From assembly GCF_000150275.1 (NCBI RefSeq), contig NW_002060946.1, positions 7,778,441 to 7,842,440 of the forward strand: a DNA stretch of 64,000 nucleotides, given 5' to 3'. A program made the translations under genes and the position numbers. The DNA comes from Trichoplax adhaerens (lineage: Eukaryota; Animalia; Placozoa). Shown one piece after another: positions 14,574 through 27,660 of this stretch. The notes under the pieces are model-generated. The model worked only from the letters and a program-made list of their open reading frames with translations. It made no database searches and had not been told where the DNA came from. The stretch's first letter is position 1. Every line of letters begins with the position of its first letter.

Positions 14574-15587
14574 TCAATATTTTGCTAGGACTTGGGCTAA
14601 AGAGATGACTGAAATAGTCGCTCTTGATCGAAATTTACTGGCAGTACAATAGTACATGAACTTTAATTTTTCTAATATTGCGCAACGAATATTTTTATCA
14701 TATTTAAGATAAAGAATTGGATTGATCAAACTAGCTAGTAAACTTGTCGGTAAAGAAAGAAAATAAATCATGAACAGCACCTTACTTTCTTGCTGTAACT
14801 GGAATATAGTTTCAGATCTTATAGCCAGGAAATTATATACTATAAAAATTGGCCATATGAAAAGCATAAGTACGAAAGTAATGATAGTTTGTAATTTAAT
14901 GAAAGCTTTTCTGCGCTTTTTATCATTTATTTTTTTTTTGATTAGATTACCGCCGGGTGTAATGTAAAAGGATAATCTACGAATGGCCCAAGTATAATAT
15001 AAAACCATGATAATTAAGGGAAGAATATAAGTTATTATTGTCATTCATGGAGAATAAATTATATTTCGGTATTTATATCCTGCAGTGAAATATTCATACA
15101 TCACAGTACCCAAGAAAATGTATATGATTTTCAGTAAAATAAAAGAGCTGGTAAATCAAAGACACAACTTAGTATCCAGATCATGGGAATTATTTTTGTT
15201 AATTGAAGATTTAGCTTATTTTTAGCTCTAACCTAAGAAGCTCTGCGTTTGTTTTGTAGCGGGTGATACTAAGTGCCATTAAACAAAATATAAATATATT
15301 ATATGTAATATACAAAATAAATATCAATATATTCCAAAATATACGGGCCATGAATATTTATGAACATGCTAAAATTGAAGGGCCAAGAAATAAAAATGAT
15401 AATTGCGACGAACTTAAGCAATCACGGGCTATAATATCAGAAATAATGATATAAGTAGGAACCTTTAATCGCTTGGAAGCAAAAAATGGCGTAGAATAAG
15501 AATAGATTAGTTAAAAAACCAATTAGTCCTATAGGTGTAGTGATAAGCAATTGATATGAAATCTCCTCGGTTTTATTGCAGCCCTAT
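14574..15587 (-). pseudogene. GPCR pseudogene of the 21757/27661 family
   Basis: The 5' half is disrupted: no ATG before GCNKTEEISY, PIGLIGFLTN, a frameshift near 15481, SKRLKVPTY, DCLSSSQ, an in-frame stop, then ITYN...SITRY. The 3' half 14574-15044 is open with TYILP, FIWP, NPILY. Confidence 0.85.
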
Positions 15588-16033
15588 GTGCCACGATTTA
15601 TTTTTTTTGTTAAACGGCTAATCCAAGACAATCGTATATGAATCTGCAATCAACTTTTCAAATCGACAGTCAATGACAGATGAGTGGATCGTTGAAATAG
15701 TTTATGTTTACACGACCGATTACAATTATTTCCCGATCGAGATTTATGCTATGGCTATCTCTTGAATTTTATTTTAAGCTGTTACAGTTTAGCAGACGAA
15801 GCTTCTTACACCGCTATCAGTAATAGTAAACCTTAAAAACACAAGTAGAATTTCGGTAATTGATAATAGCCTGTTTACTATCAAAATATTTGTAGATTTA
15901 CAGTGGTAATGTGGATATTTGATTAAGAATTAATATTAGATGTCTCAGTTTCTAAGAAATCGAACTTGTACTTCTGAAATAATTTTGAATGTATTATAAA
16001 GATTCAACTCAACTTATATCAATTCTATACAGC

Positions 16034-16584
16034 TGTAATGTAACTAGTATTGTGATTGTAGACTGTTAGCCACATTTAGTATAATATACGGTAGATGTTT
16101 ATCCTAAGAGGTATTTGGTAGTCATAACTATAGACTGTAGTGGTATAGACTCTATACAAGAGTACAGATGACTATATACAGTAAGGTGTTGAGTTACTAA
16201 TAAGGCTATAGGTAAAAATAGAACTATAAATCATATATTAGGATATGGTTAGTTCATTGTACTTTGGCTGGTGTGAATAATGTCTACGTAATTACTGTAG
16301 TCGCATCCGTATTGGATTAATTATGGTCCGCAGTAGAATAGTGTTACTAAGAATAATTTAACTATGTGTAAAATAAGGTAAAAGGTTGCCATACGGATTG
16401 TAGCTGCGAATGCTACGGAAAGTATAAAAGCATCCAACTTTATATTATTGTGCTAGTTCGTTGTAGCAGTCTTAAGTAGTAGTATTCGGCTAGAGTAGAG
16501 CTGTGTGTAGTTAATCTTTGCATAAGATTCAATAAAGCCCTTATTTTTCTAAAATTTGGAATTTCGTAATCGGTATATATCACA
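16034..16584 (+). mobile_element. Solo LTR family A copy 1, 551 bp
   Basis: TGTAATGTAAC...TATATCACA; exact TSD ACAGC (16029-33 and 16585-89); TATAAAA at ~16423 and AATAAA at 16531. Highly similar to 29996-30557 and 52319-52870. Confidence 0.9.
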
Positions 16585-17371
16585 ACAGCTTTAGAAATCC
16601 TTAATGATCAATATTTCCGGCTAAGAATGACCTTATTAATTATCAATAAGTTTTATTCATGTATTGGCTAAGCAATATCGTTTAGTGAGTAAAATTCAGT
16701 CTATATAAACAATCACACAACAGTAGTCATCAATCAGTACTGTGCTTTAAGCTGTAATAAAGCTAATATACATATTTGTTCATTTCAGAAATAAGATAAA
16801 AATTTAAAGATAATATGGTCAATAGAAATAAGATTGCTGCCAATAGAACTTCTTTAAAGATAAAATCTGGGGTAAAACTGCTTCTTTTAGACCAAGAAGA
16901 TCCCGATAATTTTAAAGGACTTTACGAGGTAAACTTAGTAAATTATTTTTCAAGCAAATTTTTTAAAATTTTTGCTATAATTAGATCACATTAAGACTAT
17001 GTAAGGCCTTTTTATTTGCGATGCGCGATTTATTGTCTGATACATAACTCTGACCTTACTTTAAAGTTGAACCGCTGATTGTAATTTTAGTGGGTATAAA
17101 ATATTTAGTCTAATTATATAAATAATCTTCAGCAGTTTTCGTTTAGGTTTTAACCAGCATCAGCAACGGATTAAATAACAGTATCTGAAAATCTTGTAAC
17201 CTTAAGGAAGTTTTTGACCTGATCTTTTGACAGATACTTCGATAAGTTCATCTTAATACTTGATTTAAAATTGAGATTACCAAACATTCTAAAAATTTCT
17301 ATGTAAACTTAGGAATTAGGTATCCACATACGATTCTTAATTGCATTCTATTTGAACAAAACACATAAGAT

Positions 17372-17419
17372 ATATATATGAGCGTGACCGTATGCAAAGT
17401 CGGTCACGTTCATATATAT
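17372..17419. repeat. Inverted repeat / hairpin (19-bp stem, 10-nt loop) embedded in (TA)n
   Basis: atatatatgagcgtgaccg - tatgcaaagt - cggtcacgttcatatatat; the single mismatch is a G:T pair. Confidence 0.8.
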
Positions 17420-17990
17420 CGTAATAAATATAATCATTCCTATATTATTACACAATAATACTAATTCCTTTAATAGTAGAGACAATATCGCAGTAGCATG
17501 TATTCAGCTGATCAAATGCATTCCTTCATTTATAAATTGATCGCTCTGTTATTCAATTTGACTTCATTTCCGAGTAAAGATCAGATTTAATTACTTTAAT
17601 TAAATCGAGCTAATTATTAATTTCTTTTAATTATGTGTGAGCACATTAGCAATAATTTTACGATTTATTAGCTAAATTACGATTATAATTGACCAAATTA
17701 TGATCTGGAAGGCGGGTTAGGCGAAAATTTAAAGGATAATAATTTGGAATCGAGTCAGATATTTTTCATTACACTAGGTGTAGTAATCAAACGATCTAAC
17801 CAACCTGACTTATAGTAAATAGGGGCTCGAAAGAACGTCTAAAAACAACTTTATTATAAAAAAATGGGTAATAGCACATTTGCTATTGTTATGAGCTAGA
17901 TACTGCTTAGAATGTCGTAAATTTCTTCAATAGCTACAAATTTTGCAAGCGAATTGATATAGTCAGCAAAGAAATATTTTTGGGTTTTCC

Positions 17991-18068
17991 GCAAATCGAC
18001 TAGGCATTTCGCGAATTGACTAGGCATTTCGCGAATTGACTAGACATTTCGCAAATTGACTGGATTTC
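17991..18068. repeat. Tandem 20-bp repeat, ~4 copies (GCGAATTGACTAGGCATTTC)
   Basis: Units start at 17991, 18011, 18031, 18051 with no spacers, followed by ...cttggacggTAACA. Confidence 0.85.
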
Positions 18069-19055
18069 GTACTTGGACGGTAACAGCACCATAAAAAACA
18101 CTTTAGCTAACTCTTAGTTCAACCTCAATAAATTCCTAAAATGAGACCGCTCATATACCAGCTGATCAGGCCATGCTACAATAAACGTATTTTAATCAAT
18201 TAAATAAGTCTAAATCTATTAAACGATATAACATTCAGATCTATACTGTACGTAGCAATTTCACTTAAATAGTATGAGAAAACAAATCTTCTCACCCTGC
18301 TTCGTGCGCTTGTTATGCCACGTTATAGCCTAATTACGTGCTCCGAAACAATCGGTTGATTTACCCGCCAACGGTCGCGTTTGATCTATCCTGATTTATC
18401 GTCTCCACTGTTTAGTTCATGGTCTAGGCCATTAACACAATTTAGTCACAAGTCTTACAATTATTACCATCATCAATTTAATAGGCTAACGCAGCGAGCA
18501 ACTATTATTTATCGATATCTAGTGGACGGAGTTCAATACTCTACACACATTAGTAAACCTTTTTTTCATAAAGAAATGCTATATTCCTCGGATACTTTTA
18601 GACTAAATCATTTAATGCGATAAAATACAACTGCTATAAAAATAGTGTAAAATTTATCTTGCCTTAAAAAAAAGTCTAATGTAAGGTAGGACACGTATCG
18701 CAATAAAAATAACTTTGCTAGAGATTCGATCGTTAATGTCGATAGTTCGATGTCCTAAAAATTGTTGGATGAGGCAAATATTAAAATTAAAGTCGAGTTT
18801 TAGTGTGATCATTTACAGAATAAATGCACTGTATATATATATACTACGTAATAAGTCATCAAGAGATTGTTTCTAAAATCTATTTTGATTATAAATAATC
18901 TCAGATCCATAACTTTAAATTACCAAACCTTAATATCCTAAATTTTCTTTCATACCAAAGTTTTAGCTACTTTTTAAAAACCTTCAAGCTGGAGGTAAAT
19001 ATAAATATAAAATCACTTCATTTTCAATTGCAAGTAAAAATCAGATGCGCCACGG

Positions 19056-19864
19056 TTCGATAACAGTGAGTCTTGATATCGTAGTCTGTCAAAAAGCATT
19101 TAGTATGACATACGGTAGTGTCTTTCTATATTTATCTTTTTTTTTATGATATATTTAGTAGCCCTATCACAAACCAACTTCGTGACAAAGATAACGTAAA
19201 ACAAATCTCTAAATTACTATAGTCTCCGGGAATTCAGTATCCCTTAACTGCGTCACAAGAATTAAGATGCCGTTGCTTCAGCGTTGAATATCTTCAGGAT
19301 ATTCATCACAAGTGTTACAAGACATAACACTATCAACAATCAATATTAGTTACCTTATGAGAACTCTTACTACAATACAGCATAATTTACTGTAACAAAA
19401 TAATAACTACTGTAGTTCTTCCCGTAAGTCATTATTAGTTATCTCGATATATAACTGTTAAACACTAAATTTAGTCATTTACTTTTCACGGGGGTTCGTA
19501 CCATGACAAGCCCATAATTACAAACCGTAAGGATGGTCTCTATACTAGAGTACAGATGGCTATATACAGTAAGACCATGAGCTACTAATAAGGTTAGAGG
19601 TAGAAATAGAATTGTAAATCATATATTAGGATATGCTTAGCTCATTGCACTTTGATTGGTAGGAATAATATGTACGAAAATACTGTAGTCATTTCCATAA
19701 GGAGAGTATAAAAGCAGGCGACATTAGATTATCTAATCGTTCTTTCTAGAAGTCTTTCAGCAGTTGTATTAGGCTAGAGTAGATCTGCGTGTAGCCTATC
19801 TTTCTTTTAGATCTAATAAAGTTCTAATTTTCTAAAACTTTGGAATTTTCGTGGTTTTATCACA
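19056..19864 (+). mobile_element. Diverged family A LTR, interrupted by a family B insertion
   Basis: Colinear similarity to family A before (tttagtatgacatacggtag...atatttagtagccc) and after (tctatactagagtacagatg, gtataaaagc, ggctagagtaga, aataaa, tggaattttcgtg..atcaca) the B element. Left boundary approximate; no TSD recognised. Confidence 0.7.
19165..19508 (-). mobile_element. Solo-LTR-like family B copy 2 (internally shorter), 344 bp, nested
   Basis: TATCACAAACC...CATGACA (TG changed to TA at the left end) with exact TSD AGCCC (19160-64 and 19509-13); ends match 5107-5673. Confidence 0.85.
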
Positions 19865-21756
19865 AGTTCATATTCTCTTAATATCCTATTATAAAATAGC
19901 ACGTAATAATATTGTTGAATGAAGATAGATGATGAGTAACTTGTAGAAATAATTGTACATATATTTCTAGCATGGTGTGAGCTAGTAAATAACGAAAGAT
20001 ATTTTGTCGGAGGCCTAGCCAGACACGTATAATGCATTAATGATAATGGATTTATATACGCTGACTAAATTTCGATCATTAATAATAAGTAGTATTCCTC
20101 ATAAAAACAGTAACGTTTCTAATACAAATATTTATATCTTCACACTTAGGCTGGTTTATTTATTCAATATTCAAACACGACCTGCATTATTAAGGCGTAA
20201 ACAAAGCAATGTTAGATTAATTAATTAAAATCCACAGCGTAACGATTTACTACTGTTCCTTTTTTAATAATTTAGCATTTCGAAGTGTTGCCGTGGTAAC
20301 TATGGGTGATTTCCTTTAATGTACCTTAGCTCATTACCGATTCTTGCGTTATAAATATTAAAAGCTATGGTTCTATACTACTAACGCGATGATAAATAGT
20401 AACATGGTGCAACTAATTCACATCGAACTAGTAGTATCAAAGATACTACAATTTAGCTATAGACTGAGTTTGCTACTTTAATATTAAACAATAAAATTAA
20501 ATAATAAACTAATTTTTTCGGCTAAGTCTTGAAAATAATTTTATTGAATGACCTTTTTATAGAAGTGATAGAAACGGTACATATTAAAAAACGGTTGTAA
20601 ATTATTCATACATTAAGTAGAATATTTTCAGCTTTTTTCGGGTATAAAATTTTCAGTTGATAAATTTATATATATATGAATCCTTATCTTGAATTAATTT
20701 ATTAATATACCTATGTACAATATCAGTTGCAGACTTGCAATATATAATCATTGATTAATTTATTAACAATTGTTACTATATCGATGTATCCTTTAACCTT
20801 ATGAACAATAGTTCCTTGCAGTTATAAATAGAGCGGTATGGCGGGCTAATAGTTCGGCATAATAAACATTACTGATACAGTTATAATTTTAGCGATTAAT
20901 AACTAAACTGATTGATAACAATAAATACACTGCTATAACAACGACTGACAGTGAATAAATACGAAAGATGGCTGAATTCTAAATTACCATTTTAGCTTAT
21001 TATTTGTCTTTATGGAAGCGATAGAGAATTATGATATTCTTTTTCACCGTTAAAACTATTTCAAAAAGGCATATTAGTTTAGTATAAATGCTTCGATACT
21101 TAAAGAATGATATTTGAGCGTAAATAAAATTAAGAAAAAAATCTGAGATATGCTAATATTTTCGTCAAAACCGATACCAAAATACCATATCGTAAATTGA
21201 CAGTCATAAATCCTACATTATCTACCATAGAGATTATGAACTGTGCTAAATCTTAATTACAAGGGGGAATTATGATTATCTCGTTTGTATTTATAAAAAT
21301 ATACAATAAATCAAGCTTATCAACGGATTCTACTTATGGCATTAGGTGACTGTAAAATCTTTGTTTAAATCTGAATTCGGTACTAGCTGGCTATTCCTAC
21401 ATAAACTCCCAAGTAAGTATATGCGTACAATTGCAACGGCCGTTTGACCGTTCATATGGCCACTATTCTTCAAATTTCCTAGGATATGCTTAGAGTACAT
21501 TATACCACTGGAAAATGTGGAAGAGTCTATTTTTGAACGTTTAGAATACATACGATTTACAAACAGGTCAAGATATTTCCAATTAAACAGCTATTTTAAT
21601 TCTATAACTATTATCTTTTAAAGAAACGGGATTATAATAAATTTATTTAGGATAGCAGTGTCTTAGCAAACAGTCATCATCCTCTATGTGGAGTTTACAA
21701 ACTTAATCAATTTTTATTTTATTTAGACATGATCACTTAATAGCCTATACGAATTA

Positions 21757-22782
21757 TTAATCATCGATTGTTTTATTGGGAGTCGGTCTGATGCTAGCTA
21801 CAGCCGATATTGCATCAGCAGTTTCTAGATTTAGAGATTCGTGACGATGAGCTAAGCAACGAAGATGTCTCAATTTCTTCTTAACTTCGATACGAATATT
21901 TTTATCAAATACGATATAAAGGATAGGATTAAAAACACTAATTAGTGTACTAACTGGAAATGCCATAAAACAGAAGATAAATGAAGTATAATTCTGGATA
22001 CTAATATCATAAAATGTTTTTTGCTTAATAGCTAGAATATCCATTACAATAAATGCCGGCCACGTAAATAACATAAAAAGCGTAGTAACAATAATTAACA
22101 TTTTAATTAAACTCCATTTTCGTTGATCATCACCATCCTTTTTTCTATCCAAAGGATCACAAGGAACAACATGAGCAAGTTGCTTAACGATTCGAACATA
22201 ATAAACTACCATGATTATTAAAGGTACTATGTAAGTAATTACCGTCATACTAGCAAAAAGGATCAAAGTCAAATACTTATAACTTGATATATATCTAATA
22301 TCACAGTAGCCCATAGCTGCTTTATGATTTGTAACTACGAATAGTGCAGGAATGGATAATATCCAGCTTAATATCCATATGATAATAGCAATTCTTAGCA
22401 CATTTCGTCGTATTTGCGTTCTGGAACGGATTTGCGTAGTATGCAATACGGCCTTATAACGATATATACTGATAGTAGTTAAGCTAAATACTGAAGCATT
22501 GTAAGTACTGTACAGACTGTACACTGATAACTTACAGAATAGATCGCCTTCATGGTATGAAATGTTATCGAAATAAAACGGAGCAATAAACAACAAGAGA
22601 AACTGTAGCGAACTTAAACAATCACAAATGATTACATTTGCTATTAGTGTGTAAACTGGATCTTTTAACCGTTTCGATATTATCACGATATATAATAAGA
22701 TCGAATTCCCCATAAATCCCATCAAACCCACTGGAATGGACATCATTGCAGGGTAACTTGTACCAGAAGAATTATTGCTCAT
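21757..22782 (-). CDS. Intronless class A orphan GPCR, 341 aa from MSNNSSG
   Basis: Seven TMs; GFMGN, SKRLKDPVY, DCLSSLQ, FCK, ISIYRY, W...P, CDIRY, TYIVP, FTWP, NPILY. First ATG at 22782 (the ORF-track start at 22902 is TTG). Confidence 0.92.
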   Translation of the reverse strand: MSNNSSGTSYPAMMSIPVGLMGFMGNSILLYIVIISKRLKDPVYTLIANVIICDCLSSLQFLLLFIAPFYFDNISYHEGDLFCKLSVYSLYSTYNASVFSLTTISIYRYKAVLHTTQIRSRTQIRRNVLRIAIIIWILSWILSIPALFVVTNHKAAMGYCDIRYISSYKYLTLILFASMTVITYIVPLIIMVVYYVRIVKQLAHVVPCDPLDRKKDGDDQRKWSLIKMLIIVTTLFMLFTWPAFIVMDILAIKQKTFYDISIQNYTSFIFCFMAFPVSTLISVFNPILYIVFDKNIRIEVKKKLRHLRCLAHRHESLNLETADAISAVASIRPTPNKTIDD

Positions 22783-25700
22783 GATTAGCTTCGGAATTAA
22801 ACACTTGGTATCTTTTGTAGGATAGTTCTTTAATTTTATGGCTGCCTTTTTAACTGGTTTACTATTCTTTTGTTTTATAGCAAGTAAGTAACAACTCCTC
22901 AACAGTAACGGAGAGTGTTCACCAAAGACGATGATGTAGATGTAATCACACCAATGCTCTAGAATAGTTCTTCAATGTGAACAATCTAAAATTAAAAACG
23001 TAAAGTTTAAAATTGATTCATTTTACTTCAATATTACGGATTTTAGTTCTAATTAATGCCATCTAAACCATAAGAAATCGATAATGTAGTATACTTAAAG
23101 ACCATATTTTTCACGTTAACATCAATAATGACCTACGTAGAAAAAGTAGAAAAATATATTCCTACTACTGATGATTTCTCAACTTCAAGATGATGCCAGT
23201 AAATAATACCGTATTCTTACCCAGCTATTTAGATGTAATACTATATCGCATTATTAGTACTAAATAATTAGGTCCAAAACTACGTAGGCTTATTACCCTT
23301 GCATAAGGTAAAATGAGAATATAATTTAATTTTTACCATCAAAACTTGAGATCGCCATTCTTTACATCAATAATCAAAGAATAATATCGAGTAGAGGCGG
23401 TTTCAAGGTTTACTTACCAGAAGTAGATTTTTTCCGTTTTAAAATTCAAGCCTGGTAAAAAATTTTAGACTTCAATCTCCCATCAACGAATACATTGACC
23501 ATCTAGTTAAAATACGCCATGAACATTATGAGGACTTGCATAAATTTTAGCACAATTGGCTAAAATATAATTGTTTTACTCATTTCTTTCCAGCTTTATA
23601 CCGAAACTTTGTATTATTCTAAGTAGGGTAAAAGTATTCATTAACGACTGGTAATAAATAATCCGGATTTATTTTTTAAATCCCTTATCATTTGATGTGA
23701 TGTCATTGTTTATTAATGTAATAAAAAAGTTACTCCTAGCGAGTGAAACAATCAAGTACGTAAATACATAACAAAGACAATAAAATTTCGATAATGAAAA
23801 AGGAAAATATTTCGGTTTCATCCCATAGTATAGATTTAAAATTTCTTGTTTTCGACGATATCTTTATTTGTATTCTTTGCCATTTTTTAATACTATCATA
23901 TCATCCTTAGATGTTATTCATATTTAATGAAAATTTTAGCGATTACACATGATAAAGTTAACCTTTAACAAATGAATAGCTAACAAAGTTACTAAAACCG
24001 AAATTGCGGGCTAACTATTACCATTTCAGTGAACTATTGTTTGTTCTTCAGCGATGTACGTGGCACTTCTCTTCTAGCTAATTTGATGTCCAATAGGATG
24101 ATGATCAATTACCTACTCTTATTAATATTCTTTTAACCAAGTTAAGGTTTTAATAGATAAAAGTGAAAGCTTTCGAGAAAACGAGACTTGATTGCGATAT
24201 ATTAAAAATAACTCCATCACTGTTAAATAACTACATCTACTTCTTTTTTACCTAATACAGTATAAATATATTGTTTTCTAGTAAATAAGATTGGCGAATA
24301 GAATGATTGTAAATAATTTATGAAAATAGAAGAGAATTTGCTGTAAGACTTCGATAAGCACATGGCATGGCATCGAGAAATAATGCAATATTTTGATCCT
24401 TTTAATAGTCTTCATCGGTTTTTGTTCTGTCTCACAGGTGGAATTAGATCTTTTAAAATATATTTCGTTGAATATTTGAAACTGTTTACAATAGGGCAGG
24501 GCTGTTGATATAAAATCAAGTTAAACATACAAAAATTTATACGACAATTTTCCTCACACTGTCTTTCTATTATATTGACGTCATATAGTTAGTCACTTAG
24601 TAAATAGCTGATTATCGTATCTTAATTTAAAAATATGGAACTTCGTAAGGCAGAACGAGCTATAATAAACTACTTTCGAGATAGCGAAAGAAATATTTTA
24701 CATCACGTATTCTGTATGTATCGAATATTTGAATACGCAATTGCAATATATCAAATATTTTCTTAGATTCGTTTGACATCGAAATTATCGCTATTCAGTA
24801 TTTGAAATATCTTTTGCTTCTTAAATTTTAAGGCAAATGTTAATCTACGTACACTATACGGTTATTAAAGTATAGTATTTTTCTATTTAGCTACATTTTA
24901 TTATCAAAATTATAAAATTAGCCCTATAAATGTAAATTCCTTATGTCATAATAAATCTCACTATTAGTAATCTGCAAATCGTACAAAGATTAATACATCA
25001 GCCAAGTAGTTATAGCTTATATAATTTGTGATCACAAGTAGTTAATAACGAAAAGTTAACACTATATTCCAAATGTAAGTAATATTTAAGTATAGTATAC
25101 AGATGCATGTATTCGCATCGTCGCGGTTTAAAGATTTACAGATCAGGATCAGGAATTGGAGCTGAGATATTAATTCGTCGGTCGTTGCCGCGACTATAAT
25201 TGAAGAGTAACTAAACCGAAGAAAAAATTAAAATCAGGTTTATTGCTATATCAAACTAGTAAATCGTCAATTATCCTTACTTATAGTACACTGTTTTTAT
25301 AAAAGTCTGTATTATGTACATTTTACTCCTGTATAGTAATAGTAATATCCTTAACTGCATCAAATTCTTTCCTTTGTTGCGTATAACATACATTAATGAC
25401 ACATTTATCATACATATATAGCTATCATGGCGAATAAGAATAAAACTGAAATTTTTAGTACTTTGATAAATTATTCATTTAAACAGAGGTAAACAGACCA
25501 AAAAAATATGTGTCTATATTCGTGTAATATAAGCAAAAATATCTACTTGTATAGCTAAAATGAAGAAATCAAAATTATATGGTAAAATTTAAAGCTAAAA
25601 CTAAACTTATCAAAGTAGAGAAGGTTTAATTTCCAACCGAAATCAATAATGACGTAAAATTTCAGTAATTTTATGATTAGCTTACTAACTTCTAGTAACT

Positions 25701-27660
25701 CTCTAAGTTTATCTTGTCACTTTTTCTTCAACTGAAATATCAGCTACAATACCTTTATATATACGCATCATAGAACTGTTGATGTTGCCAAGTTAAAGAA
25801 ATTATGATTCTTAACCCTCCAAATTGAGCTTGCAGTTCATTACCTTAGCTCAGAAAGATTATTCACTAAATTTTGATATTACATAACTAATAATATACGG
25901 GCAAGTAAGTTTCCCTATCATAATTATTTACTATATTTTACCGAGTATATGATAAATTAAACAGACCGACTTCCATAAGCCAAAAACCAAACAAAGAGAT
26001 AAGCTTTATATCATGCGATTATAGCAATTCTGTAATAAAGCAGCATTGTTTCTATTTTAATTAGCAAACAAAATCTTTTATTATTTACCTCATCGTTACA
26101 ATCATGGATCAGTCTAATCATTAATTCATGTGCTTCATATTAATAATTATTTCGACCATAAGAGCCGTAGATTAAAAATTCAAAATTAAGTTTCATCGCA
26201 TATGAGTTACCGCTGTGGCATATTATAGAATTATAGATAAATGGTAAAATCTAACCCTACATGAGGCCAACTTGGTATCATGTAATTATTTAAGTGCTCT
26301 CCCTCGATGATCCTGACTTTTTACAATCATGTACGGATATTAGACTATTAATGAAACTAATAGACTGTGTTTCCTATCTAATTCTCGCGGAAATGTCTAT
26401 TTAAATTCTCCGAAATTCAGCAGTATGAAAAAGCTCCTTTTGTCAGTTAATAATATCGAATACTTACTTATTTAACTTATTGACAGTGTATTTCCTATAA
26501 AAAAGCATTTATAGACTAAATTATACCAAGATTACGATGAGAAATTAATGGTTTACCGGCTTTCTATTGCAATATACCAAATTATACAGACCGTTTTTAT
26601 TATTGATGGTAGGCTATAAGTCTATAAAATCATCGTGGCTGAGCCCACACTTAGGTCGTGACTTCTTGTACCCGAAGCGGTAATGATATATATTAATCTA
26701 TAAAGACGTAAACTACAAATATTTAACTGAAGATTTATATTTCTTGTAGAAGAATATTAAAAATGGCTTATATCTGCGCAATATTATAGAACTAATATGA
26801 CATAACTTGATTGGTATAAATCAAGAAAAATTTGGTAAATTAATCAGATACATTAAAATATATAAACGAGCAGCACATGTAGAAACTCAATCGTAAATCT
26901 TACAATTTACAGTGCTTATCTTTATCGCAAACACAGCATTTAAACAAATAAGCTTATGATATTATATTGACAATTGGAAATCGTGCCTAAGACATTGTTA
27001 CAAATATAAAAAATTAGGGTAAAACTTAGTAGATTACAGTACCCACTGGTAGGCTTTTAAAAGACTTAGGTCTTTAATAGATGGGTGATTTGGAAAAATC
27101 ATCCTTATGGAACAAAAAATGTCAAAAAATTTCTGATTGGCTTATCTGTTTTATTAAATTAACTTTGCCAACGTTGTCCGCTTAGATTCAAATGCATTAA
27201 ATCCCTATGATAATGACTATGTCTATTGTAAAATTGTCTAAGTTACAGATGATACATTTAGAATGCCAACATGATTAAAATAGCACCGAAAAGAATTTTT
27301 ATTAATGTTATCACAAGCGATGTGAAGTGAACCTTAGGTAATCAGTACCGTATGCTAGTTTATAAAATAATACCTGTCATAAGAACAGACTCTATGAAAG
27401 TCAGCTGATAAACGTAGAAAAGGTAATTATATATTTTAAAATGTAATCAATACGCTATTGATAATACTATTTGCGGTTCTAATTAATTAATAAAATGCTA
27501 ATAAATTATTATGAAATCTACCCTCTGAAATAACACAAGTAGGCAAATATTACTTATAAATGTAATAATTTGTCGGATAGATCTAAAACTTTCCAGTAAT
27601 ATAAGTTTTGTGTAAGCTAAACATCATGCTAAAATAGCTTCCATAATTAAAATGAGCAAT

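Noticed and set aside
17991-18068. CRISPR-like repeat
   Set aside because: Units are contiguous with no unique spacers, there are no cas genes, and the context is eukaryotic.
22783-22902. 40-aa basic N-terminal extension in the ORF track
   Set aside because: It begins at TTG. The paralogues start with a short glycosylated N-terminus matching the ATG at 22782.
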